Source: Eledone cirrhosa (Eukaryota). From it: a DNA stretch of 64,000 nucleotides. Below the pieces are notes generated by a model that was given only the letters and a program-made list of their open reading frames with translations, searched no databases and was not told the origin of the DNA. The stretch is taken from NCBI GenBank assembly GCA_964016885.1, contig OZ024744.1, forward strand, positions 120,528,001 to 120,592,000. Reading direction: 5' to 3'. This document shows positions 49,210 to 62,300 of the stretch, piece after piece (position 1 is the stretch's first letter; each line of letters starts with the position of its first letter). Both the position numbers and the translations under genes were made by a program.

Positions 49210-49930
49210 TAACCACATGTCATAGTATCAGAGCTGTGATCTCACAAATCAGAGATTCTTTCCTGAGACATTCTAATTCCATGTCCACAGTATCAGTGCT
49301 GTGATCTCTCAATTCAGAGATTCTTTCATGAGACATTCTAACCACATGTCATATTACCAGAGCTATGATATCTCAATTCAGAGATTCTTTCCTGAGACAT
49401 TCTAACCACATGTCATAGTATCAGAGCTGTGATTTCTCAATTTAGATATTCTTTCCTGAGACATTCTAACCACATGTCATAATATCAGAGCTGTGATCTC
49501 TCAATTCAGAGATTCTTTATTCATACATTCTAACCACATGTCATAGTATCAGAACTGTGATCTCTCAATTCAGAGATTCTTTTCTGAGACATTCTAACCA
49601 CATGTCATAGTATTAGAGCTGTGATCTCTCAATTCAGAGATTCTTTCCTGAGAAATTCTAACCACATGTCTGTAGTATCAGAGCTGTGATCTCACAAATC
49701 AGAGATTCTTTCCTGAGACATTCTAATTCCATGTCCACAGTATCAGTGCTGTGATCTCTCAATTCAGAGATTCTTTCATGAGACATTCTAACCACATGTC
49801 ATATTACCAGAGCTATGATATCTCAATTCAGAGATTCTTTCCTGAGACATTCTAACCACATGTCATAGTATCAGAGCTGTGATTTCTCAATTTAGATATT
49901 CTTTCCTGAGACATTCTAACCACATGTCAT
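49210..49930. repeat. Short local duplication at offset 450 bp (7 monomers)
   Basis: ctcacaaatc 49241/49691; atattaccag 49351/49801. Confidence 0.8.
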
Positions 49931-51829
49931 ATTATCGGAGCTGTGATCTCTCAATTCAGAGATTCTTTCCTGAGACATTCTAACCACATGTCATAGTATC
50001 AGAGTTGTGATCTCTCAATTCAGAGATTCTTTCCTGAGATATTCTAACCACATGTCATAGTATCAGAGCTGTGATCTCTCAATTCAGAGATTCTTTCCTG
50101 AGACATTCTAACCACATGTCATAATATTAGAGCTGGGATCTCTCAATTCAGAGATTCTTTCCTGAGACATTCTAACCACATGTCATAGTATCAGAGCTGT
50201 GATCTCTCAATTCAGAGATTCTTTCCTGAGACATTCTAACCACAAGTCATAGTATCAGAGCTGTGATATCTCAATTGAGAGATTCTTTCCTGAGATATGT
50301 TAACCACATATCATAGTATCAGAGCTGTCATCTCTCAATTCAGAGATTCTTTCCTGAGACGTTCTAACCACATGTCATAATATCAGAGCTATGATATCTC
50401 AATTCAGAGATTCTTTCTTGAAACATTCTAACCCCATGTCTGTAGTATCAGATCTGTGATCTCTCAATTCAGAGATTCTTTCCTGATACATTCTAACCAC
50501 ATGTCATAGTATCAGAGCTTTGACCTCTTTATTCAGAGATTCTTTCCTGAGACATTCTAACCACATGTCATAGTATCAGTGCTGTGATCTCTCAATTCAG
50601 AGATTCTTTCCTGATATATTCTAATCACATGTCATAGTATCAGATCTGTGATATCTCAATTCAGAGATTCTTTCTTGAGACATTCCAACTCCATGTCCAC
50701 ATTATCAGAGCTGTGAACTCTCAATTCAGAGATTCTTTCCTGAGACAATCTAACCACATGTCATAGTATCAGAGCTGTGATCTCTCAATTCAGAGATTCT
50801 TTCCTGAGACATTCTAACCACATGTCACAGTATCAGAGCTGTGATCTCTCAGTTTAGAGATTCTTTCCTCAGACATTCTAAACACATCTCATAGTATCAG
50901 AGCTGTGATCTCTGAATTCAGAGATTCTTTCCTGAGACATTCTAACCACATGTCATAGTATCAGAGCTGTGATCTCTCAATTCAGATATTCTTTCCTGAG
51001 ACATTCTAACCACATGTCATAGGATCAGAGTTGTGATCTCTCAATTCAGAGTTTCTTTCCTAAGATATTCTAACCACATGTCATAGTATCAGAGCTGTGA
51101 TCTCTCAATTCAGAGATTCTTTCCTGAGACATTCTAACCACATCTCATAGTATCAGAGCTGTGATTTCTCAATTTAGATATTCTTTCCTGAGACATTCTA
51201 ACCTCATGTCATAGGATCAGAGTTGTGATCTCTCAATTCAGAGATTCTTTCCTAAGATATTCTAACCACATGTCATATTATCAGGGCTGTGATCTCTCAA
51301 TTCAGAGATTCTTTCCTGAGACATTCTAACCACATGTCATAGTATTAGAGCTGGGATCTCTCAATTCAGAGATTCTTTCCTGAGACATTCTAACCACATG
51401 TCATAGTATCAGAGCTGTGATCTCTCAATTCAGAGATTCTTTCCTGAGACATTCTAGCCACAAGTCATAGTATCAGAGCTGTGATATCTCAATTGAGAGT
51501 TTCTTTCCTGAGATATGTTAACCACATATCATAGTACCAGAGCTGTCATCTCTCAATTCAGAGATTCTTTCCTGAGACGTTCTAACCACATGTCATAATA
51601 TCAGAGCTATGATCTCTCAATTCAGAGATTCTTTCCTGAAACATTCTAACTACATGTATGTAGTATCAGAGCTGTGATCTCTCAATTCAGAGATTCTTTA
51701 TTCATACATTCTAACCACATGTCATAGTATCAGAACTGTGATCTCTCAATTCAGAGATTCTTTTCTGAGACATTCTAACCACATGTCATAGTATTAGAGC
51801 TGTGATCTCTCAATTCAGAGATTCTTTCC

Positions 51830-54800
51830 TGAGACGTTCTAACCACATGTCATAATATTAGAGCTATGATATCTCAATTCAGAGATTCTTTCTTGAAACA
51901 TTCTAACCCCATGTTTGTAGTATCAGATCTGTGATCTCTCAATTCAGAGATTCTTTCCTGAGACGTTCTAACCACATGTCATAGTATCAGTGCTGTGATC
52001 TCTCAATTCAGAGATTCTTTCCTGATATATTCTAACCACATATCATAGTATCAGATCTGTGATATCTCAATTCAGAGATTCTTTCTTGAGACGTTCCAAC
52101 TCCATGTCCACATTATCAGAGCTGTGATCTCTCAATTCAGAGATTCTTTCCTGAGACAATCTGACCACATGTCACAGTATCAGAGCTGTGATCTCTCAGT
52201 TCAGAGATTCTTTCCTCAGACATTCTAACCACATGTCACAGTATCAGAGCTGTGATCTCTCAGTTCAGAGATTCTTTCCTCAGACATTCTAACCACATCT
52301 CATAGTATCAGAGCTGTGATCTCTGAATTCAGAGATTCTTTCCTGAGACATTCTAACCACATGTCATAGTATCAGAGCTGTGATCTCTCAATTCAGAGAT
52401 TCTTTCCTGAGACATTCTAACCACATGTCATAGGATCAGAGTTGTGATCTCTCAATTCAGAGATTCTTTCCTAAGATATTCTAACCACATGTCATAGTAT
52501 CAGAGCTGTGATCTCTCAATTCAGAGATTCTTTCCTGAGACATTCTAGCCACAAGTCATAGTATCAGAGCTGTGATATCTCAATTGAGAGATTCTTTCCT
52601 GAGATATGTTAACCACATATCATAGTATCAGAGCTGTCATCTCTCAATTCAGAGATTCTTTCCTGAGACGTTCTAACCACATGTCATAATATCAGAGCTA
52701 TGATCTCTCAATTCAGAGATTCTTTCCTGAAACATTCTAACCACATGTATGTAGTATCAGAGCTGTGTTCTCTCAATTTAGAGATTCTTTCGTGATACAT
52801 TCTAACCACATGTCATAGTATCAGAACTGTGATCTCTCAATTCAGAGATTCTTTCCTGAGACATTCTAACCACATGTCATAGTATTAGAGCTGTGATCTC
52901 TCAATTCAGAGATGCTTTCCTGAGAAATTCTAACCACATGTCTGTAGTATCAGAGCTGTGATCTCACAATTCAGAGATTCTTTCCTGAGACATTCTAATT
53001 CCATATCCACAGTATCAGTGCTGTGATCTCTCAATTCAGAGATTCTTCCCTGAGACATTCTAACCACATGTCATAGTATCAGAGCTGTGATCTGTCAATT
53101 CAGAGATTCTTTCCTAGGATATTCTAACCACATGTCATAGTATCAGAGCTGTGATCTCTCAACTCAGAGATTCTTTCCTGAGACATTCTAACCACATGTC
53201 ATAGTATTAGATCTATGATCTCTCAATTCAGAGATTCTTTCCTGAGACATTCTTACCACATGTCATATTATCAGAGCTGTGATCTCTAGAATTTAGAGAT
53301 TCTTTCCTGAGACATTGTAACCACATGTCATAGTATCAGAGCTGTGATATCTCAATTCAGAGATTCTTTCCTGAGACATTCTAACCACATGTCATAGTAT
53401 CGGAGCTGTGATCTCTCAATTCAGGGATTCTTTCCTGAGACATTCTAACCACATGTCATATTATCAGAGCTGTGATCTCTCAATTCAGAGATTCTTTCCT
53501 GAGACATTCTAACCACATGTCATAGTATTAGAGCTGGGATCTCTCAATTCAGAGATTCTTTCCTGAGACATTCTAACCACATGTCATAGTATCAGAGCTG
53601 TGATCTCTCAATTCAGAGATTCTTTCCTGAGACATTCTAGCCACAAGTCATAGTATCAGAGCTGTGATATCTCAATTGAGAGATTCTTTCCTGAGATATG
53701 TTAACCACATATCATATTACCAGAGCTGTCATCTCTCAATTCAGAGATTCTTTCCTGAGACGTTCTAACCACATGTCATAATATCAGAGCTATGATCTCT
53801 CAATTCAGAGATTCTTTCCTGAAACATTCTAACTACATGCATGTAGTATCAGAGCTGTGATCTCTCAATTCAGAGATTCTTTCCTGATACATTCTAACCA
53901 CATGTCATAGTATCAGAACTGTGATCTCTCAATTCAGAGATTCTTTTCTGAGACATTCTAACCACATGTCATATTATTAGAGCTGTGATCTCTCAATTCA
54001 GAGATTCTTTCCTGAGAAATTCTAACCACATGTCTGTAGTATCAGAGCTGTGATCTCACAAATCAGAGATTCTTTCCTGAGACATTCTAATTCCATGTCC
54101 ACAGTATCAGTGCTGTGATCTCTCAATTCAGAGATTCTTTCATGAGACATTCTAACCACATGTCATATTATCAGATCTATGATATCTCAATTCAGAGATT
54201 CTTTCCTGAGACATTCTAACCACATGTCATAGTATCAGAGCTGTGATTTCTCAATTTAGATATTCTTTCCTGAGACATTCTAACAACATGTCATAGTATC
54301 GGAGCTGTGATCTCTCAATTCAGAGATTCTTTCCTGAGACATTCTAACCACATGTCATAGTATCAGAGTTGTGATCTCTCAATTCAGAGATTCTTTCCTG
54401 AGATATTCTAACCACATGTCATAGTATCAGAGCTGTGATCTCTCAATTCAGAGATTCTTTCCTGAGACATTCTAACCACATGTCATAGTATTAGAGCTGG
54501 GATCTCTCAATCCAGAGATTCTTTCCTGAGACATTCTTACCACATGTCATAGTATCAGAGCTGTGATCTCTCAATTCAGAGATTCTTTCCTGAGACATTC
54601 TAACCACAAGTCATAGTATCAGAGCTGTGATATCTCAATTGAGAGATTCTTTCCTGTGATATGTTAACCACATATCATAGTATCAGAGCTGTCATCTCTC
54701 AATTCAGAGATTCTTTCCAGAGACGTTCTAACCACATGTCATAATATCAGAGCTATGATATCTCAATTCAGAGATTCTTTCTTGAAACATTCTAACCCCA

Positions 54801-56330
54801 TGTCTGTAGTATCAGATCTGTGATCTCTCAATTCAGAGATTCTTTCCTGAGACGTTCTAACCACATGTCATAGTATCAGTGCTGTGATCTCTCAATTCAG
54901 AGATTCTTTCCTGATATATTCTAACCACATGTCATAGTATCAGATCTGTGATATCTCAATTCAGAGATTCTTTCTTGAGACATTCCAACTCCATGTCCAC
55001 ATTATCAGAGCTGTGAACTCTCAATTCAGAGATTCTTTCCTGAGACAATCTGACCACATGTCACAGTATCAGAGCTGTGATCTCTCAGTTCAGAGATTCT
55101 TTCCTCAGACATTCTAACCACATGTCACAGTATCAGAGCTGTGATCTCTCAGTTCAGAGATTCTTTCCTCAGACATTCTAACCACATCTCATAGTATCAG
55201 AGCTGTGATCTCTGAATTCAGAGATTCTTTCCTGAGACATTCTAACCACATGTCATAGTATCAGAGCTGTGATCTCTCAATTCAGATATTCTTTCCTGAG
55301 ACATTCTAACCACATGTCATAGGATCAGAGTTGTGATCTCTCAATTCAGAGATTCTTTCCTGAGACATTCTTGCCACAAGTCATAGTATCAGAGCTGTGA
55401 TATCTCAATTGAGAGATTCTTTCCTGAGATATGTTAACCACATATCATAGTATCAGAGCTGTCATCTCTCAATTCAGAGATTCTTTCCTGAGACGTTCTA
55501 ACCACATGTCATAATATCAGAGCTATGATCTCTCAATTCAGTGATTCTTTCCTGAAACATTCTAACCACATGTATGTAGTATCAGATCTGTGATCTCTCA
55601 ATTCAGAGATTCTTTCCTGATACATTCTAACCACATGTCATAGTATCAGAACTGTGATCTCTCAATTCAGAGATTCTTTCCTGAGACATTCTAACCACAT
55701 GTCATAGTATTAGAGCTGTGATCTCTCAATTCAGAGATGCTTTCCTGAGAAATTCTAACCACATGTCTGTAGTATCAGAGCTGTGATCTCACAATTCAGA
55801 GATTCTTTCCTGAGACATTCTAATTCCATATCCACAGTATCAGTGCTGTGATCTCTTAATTCAGAGATTCTTCCCTGAGCCATTCTAACCACATGTCATA
55901 GTATCAGAGCTGTGATCTGTCAATTCAGAGATTCTTTCCTAGGATATTCTAACCACATGTCATAGTATCAGAGCTGTGATCTCTCAACTCAGAGATTCTT
56001 TCCTGAGACATTCTAACCACATGTCATAGTATTAGAGCTATGATCTCTCAATTCAGAGATTCTTTCCTGAGACATTCTTACCACATGTCATATTATCAGA
56101 GCTGTGATCTCTAGAATTTAGAGATTCTTTCCTGAGACATTGTAACCACATGTCATAGTATCAGAGCTGTGATTTCTCAATTTAGATATTCTTTCCTGAG
56201 ACATTCTAACCACATGTCATAGGATCGGAGCTGTGATCTCTCAATTCAGAGATTCTTTCCTGAGACATTCTAACCACATGTCATAGTATCGGAGCTGTGA
56301 TCTCTCAATTCAGGGATTCTTTCCTGAGAC
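51830..56330. repeat. Duplicated ~1.6-kb block at offset 2889 then 2825 bp
   Basis: caatctgacc 52157/55046 and GAATTC 52325/55214 (2889); gatgcttt 52911/55736 and gatctctaga 53281/56106 (2825, one monomer lost). Confidence 0.85.
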
Positions 56331-56529
56331 ATTCTAACCACATGTCATAGTATCAGAGCTGTGATATCTCAATTCAGAGATTCTTTCCTGAGATATTCTA
56401 ACCACATGTCATAATATCAGATCTGTGATCTCTCAATTCAAAGATTCTTTCTTGAGACATTCTAACTCCATGTCCACAGAATCAGAGCTGTGAACTCTCA
56501 ATTCAGAGATTCTTTCCTGAGACATTCTA

Positions 56530-59340
56530 AACACATGTCATAGTATCAGAGCTGTGATCTCTTAATTTAGAGATTCTTTCATGAGATATTCTAACCACAT
56601 GTCATAGTATCAGAGCTGTGATCTCTCAATTCAGAGATTCTTTCCTGAGAGATTCTAACCACATGTCATATTATTAGAGCTGTGGTCTCTCAATTCAGAG
56701 ATTCATTCCTGAGAAATTCTAACCACATGTCTGTAGTATCAGAGCTGTGATCTCTCAATTCAGAGATTCTTTCATGAGACATTCTAACCTCATGTCATAG
56801 TATCAGTGCTGTGATCTCTCAATTCAGAGATTCTTTCATGAGATATTCTAACCACATGTCATAGTATCAGAGCTGTGATCTCTCAATTCAGAGATTCTTT
56901 CATGGGATATTCTAACCACATGTCATAGTATTAGAGCTGTGATCTCTCAATTCAGAGATTATTTCCTGAGACATTCTAACCACATGTCATATTATCAGAG
57001 CTGTGATATCTCAATTGAGAGATTCTTTACTGAGATATTTTAACCACATATCATAGTATCAGAGCTGTGATCTCTGAATTCAGAGATTCTCTCCTGATAC
57101 ATTCTAACCACATGTCATAGTATCAAAGCTTTGATCTCTCAATTCAGAGATTTTTTTCCTGAGACATTCTAACCACATGTCATAGTATCAGTACTGTGAT
57201 CTCTCAATTCAGAGATTCTTTCCTGAGATATTCTAACCACATGTCATAGTATAAGAGATGTGATCTCTCAATTCAGAAATTCTTTCCTGAGATATTCTAA
57301 CAACATGTCATAGCATCAGATTTGTGATCTCTCAATTTAGATATTCTTTCCTGAGACATTCTAGCCACAAGTCATAGTATCAGAGCTGTGATATCTCAAT
57401 TGAGAGATTCTTTCCTGAGATATGTTAACCACATATCATAGTATCAGAGCTGTCATCTCTCAATTCAGAGATTCTTTCCTGAGACGTTCTAACCACATGT
57501 CATAATATCAGAGCTATGATCTCTCAATTCAGAGATTCTTTCCTGAAACATTCTAACCACATGTATGTAGTATCGGAGCTGTGATCTCTCAATTCAGAGA
57601 TTCTTTCCTGATACATTCTAACCACATGTCATAGTATCAGAGCTGTGATCTCTCAATTCAGAGATTCTTTCCTGAGACATTCTAACCACGTCATATTATT
57701 AGAGCTGTGATCTCTCAATTCAGAGATTCTTTCCTGAGACATTCTAACCACATGTCATAGGATCAGATTTGTGATCTCTCAATTTAGAGATTCTTTCCTG
57801 AGACATTCTAGCCACAAGTCATAGTATCAGAGCTGTGATATCTCAATTGAGAGATTCTTTCCTGAGATATGTTAACCACATATCATAGTATAAGAGCTGT
57901 CATCTCTCAATTCAGAGATTCTTTCCTGAGACATTCTAACCACATGTCATAGTATCAGAGCTGTGATCTCTTAATTTAGAGATTCTTTCATGAGATATTC
58001 TAACCACATGTCATAGTATCAGAGCTGTGATCTCTCAATTCAGAGATTCTTTCCTGAGAGATTCTAACCACATGTCATATTATTAGAGCTGTGGTCTCTC
58101 AATTCAGAGATTCATTCCTGAGAAATTCTAACCACATGTCTGTAGTATCAGAGCTGTGATCTCTCAATTCAGAGATTCTTTCATGAGACATTCTAACCTC
58201 ATGTCATAGTATCAGTGCTGTGATCTCTCAATTCAGAGATTCTTTCATGAGATATTCTAACCACATGTCATAGTATCAGAGCTGTGATCTCTCAATTCAG
58301 AGATTCTTTCATGGGATATTCTAACCACATGTCATAGTATTAGAGCTGTGATCTCTCAATTCAGAGATTATTTCCTGAGACATTCTAACCACATGTCATA
58401 TTATCAGAGCTGTGATATCTCAATTGAGAGATTCTTTACTGAGATATTTTAACCACATATCATAGTATCAGAGCTGTGATCTCTGAATTCAGAGATTCTC
58501 TCCTGATACATTCTAACCACATGTCATAGTATCAAAGCTTTGATCTCTCAATTCAGAGATTTTTTTCCTGAGACATTCTAACCACATTTCATAGTATCAG
58601 TACTGTGATCTCTCAATTCAGAGATTCTTTCCTGAGATATTCTAACCACATGTCATAGTATAAGAGATGTGATCTCTCAATTCAGAAATTCTTTCCTGAG
58701 ATATTCTAACCACATGTCATAGCATCAGATTTGTGATCTCTCAATTTAGATATTCTTTCCTGAGACATTCTAGCCACAAGTCATAGTATCAGAGCTGTGA
58801 TATCTCAATTGAGAGATTCTTTCCTGAGATATGTTAACCACATATCATAGTATCAGAGCTGTCATCTCTCAATTCAGAGATTCTTTCCTGAGACGTTCTA
58901 ACCACATGTCATAATATCAGAGCTATGATCTCTCAATTCAGAGATTCTTTCCTGAAACATTCTAACCACATGTATGTAGTATCGGAGCTGTGATCTCTCA
59001 ATTCAGAGATTCTTTCCTGATACATTCTAACCACATGTCATAGTATCAGAGCTGTGATCTCTCAATTCAGAGATTCTTTCCTGAGACATTCTAACCACGT
59101 CATATTATTAGAGCTGTGATCTCTCAATTCAGAGATTCTTTCCTGAGACATTCTAACCACATGTCATAGGATCAGATTTGTGATCTCTCAAGTTAGAGAT
59201 TCTTTCCTGAGACATTCTAGCCACAAGTCATAGTATCAGAGCTGTGATATCTCAATTGAGAGATTCTTTCCTGAGATATGTTAACCACATATCATAGTAT
59301 CAGAGCTGTCATCTCTCAATTCAGAGATTCTTTCCTGAGA
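56530..59340. repeat. Near-perfect tandem duplication of a 1409-bp block (22 monomers)
   Basis: cttaatttag 56561/57970, gattcta of gagagattcta 56651/58060, gattctttac 57021/58430, GAATTC 57076/58485, gatatgtt 57866/59275. Confidence 0.93.
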
Positions 59341-62300
59341 CGTTCTAACCACATGTCATAATATCAGAGCTATGATCTCTCAATTCAGAGATTCTTTCCT
59401 GAAACATTCTAACCACATGTATGTAGTATCAGAGCTGTGATCTCTCAATTCAGAGATTCTTTCCTGATACATTCTAACCACATGTCATAGTATCAGAACT
59501 GTGATCTCTCAATTCAGAGATTCTTTCCTGAGACATTCTAACCACGTCATATTATTAGAGCTGTGATCTCTCAATTCAGAGATTCTTTCCTGAGACATTC
59601 TAAACACATTTCATAGTATCAGAGCTGTGATCTCTCAATTTAGATATTCTTTCCTGAGATATTCTAAGCACATGTCATAATATTAGAGCTGTGATATCTC
59701 AATTCAGAGATTCTTTCCTGAGATATTCTAACCACATGTCATAGTATCAGATCTGTGATCTCTCAATTCAGAGATTCTTTCTTGAGACATTCTAACCACA
59801 TGTCATAGTATCAGTGCTGTGATCTCTCAATTCAGAGATTCTTTCATGAGATATTCTAACCACATGTCATAGTATCAGAGCTGTGATCTCTCAATTCAGA
59901 GATTCTTTCCTGGGATATTCTAACCACATGTCATAGTATCAGAGCTGTGATATCCCAATTCAGATATTCTTTCCTGAGTCATTCTAAGCACATGTCATAG
60001 GATCGGATTTGTGATCTCTCAACTCAGAGATTCTTTCCTGAGATATTCTAACCACATGTCATAGTATGAGAGCTGTGATCTCTCAATTCAGAGATTCTTT
60101 CCTCAGACATTCTAACCACGTGTCATAGTATTAGAGCTGTGATCTCTCAATTCAGAGATTCTTTACTGCGACATTCTAACCACATGTCATAGTATCAAAG
60201 CTGTGATCTCTCAATTCAGAGATTCTTTCCTGAGACATCCTAACCACATATCATATTATCAGAGCTGTGATATCTCAATTGAGAGATTCTTTCCTGAGAT
60301 ATTTTAACAACATATCATAGTATCAGAGCTGTGATCTCTCAATTCAGAGATTCTGTCCTGATACATTCTAACCACATGTCATAGTATCAGAGCTGTGATC
60401 TCTCAATTCAGAGATTCTTTCCTGAGACATTCTAAACACATTTCAAAGTATCAGAGCTGTGATCTCTCAATTTAGATATTCTTTCCTGAGATATTCTAAC
60501 CACATGTCATAGTATTAGAGCTGTGATATCTCAATTCAGAGATTATTTTCTGAGATATTCTAACCACATGTCATAGTATCAGAGCTGTGATCTCTCAATT
60601 CAGAGATTCATTCTTGAGACATTCTAACTCCATGTCCACAGTATCAGAGCTGTGATCTCTCAATTCAGAGATTCTTTCCTGAGACATTCTAAACACATTT
60701 CATAGTATCAGAGCTGTGAACTCTCAATTTAGAGATTCTTTCCTGAGACATTCTAACCACATGACATAGTATCAGATTTGTGATCTCTCAATTCAGAGAT
60801 TCTTTCCTGGGATATTCTAACCACATGTCATAGTATCAGAGCTGTGATCTCTCAATTCAGAGATTCTTTCCTGAGACATTCTAACCACATGACATAGTAT
60901 CAGATCTGTGATCTCTCAATTCAGAGATTCTTTCCCCGGATATTCTAACCACATGTCATAGTATCAGAGCTGTGATCACTCAATTCAGAGATTCTTTCCT
61001 GAGACATTCTAACCCCATGTCATAGTATCAGAGCTGTCATCTCTCAATTTAGAGATTCTTTCATGAGATATTCTAACCGCATGTCATAGTATCAGAGCTG
61101 TGTGCTCTCAATTCAGAGATTCTATCCTGAGACATTCTAAGTACATGTCATAGTATCAGAGCTGTGATCTCCCAATTCAGAGATTCTTTCCCGAGAAATT
61201 CTAACCACATGTCTGTAGTATAAGAGCTGTGATCTCTCAATTCAGAGATTCTTTCCTGAGGCATTCTGACTCCCTGTCCACAGTATCAAAGCTTTGATCT
61301 CTCAATTCAGAGATTTTTTCCTGAGACATTCTAACCACATGTCATAGTATCAGTACTGTGATCTCTCAATTCAGAGATTCTTTCCTGAGATATTCTAACC
61401 ACATGTCATAGTATAAGAGATGTGATCTCTCAATTCAGAAATTCTTTCCTGAGATATTCTAACCACATGTCATAGCATCAGAGCTGTGATCTCTCAATTC
61501 AGATATTCTTTCCTGAGACATTCTAACCACATGTCATAGGATCAGATTTGTGATCTCTCAATTTAGAGATTCTTTCCTGAGACATTCTAGCCACAAGTCA
61601 TAGTATCAGAGCTGTGATATCTCAATTGAGAGATTCTTTCCTGAGATATGTTAACCACATATCATAGTATCAGAGCTGTCATCTCTCAATTCAGAGATTC
61701 TTTCCTGAGACGTTCTAACCACATGTCATAATATCAGACCTATGATCTCTCAATTCAGAGATTCTTTCCTGAAACATTCTAACCACATGTATGTAGTATC
61801 AGAGCTGTGATCTCTCAATACAGAGATTCTTTCCTGATACATTCTAACCACATGTCATAGTATCAGAACTGTGATCTCTCAATTCAGAGATTCTTTCCTG
61901 AGACATTCTAACCACATGTAATAGTATTAGAGCTGTGATCTCTCAATTCAGAGATTCTTTCCTGAGAAATTCTAACCACATGTCTGTAGTATCAGAGCTG
62001 TGATCTCACAATTCAGAGATTCTTTCCTGAGACATTCTAATTCCATGTCCACAGTATTGGTGCTGTGATCTCTCAATTCAGAGATTCTTTCCTGAGACAT
62101 TCTAACCACATGTCATAGTATCAGAACTGTGATCTCTCAATTCAGAGATTCTTTCCTAGGATATTCTATCCACATGTCATAGTATCAGAGCTGTGATCTC
62201 CCAACTCAGAGATTCTTTCCTGAGACATTCTAACCACATGTCACAGTATTAGAGCTATGACATCTCAATTCAGAGATTCTTTCCTGAGACATTCTAACCA

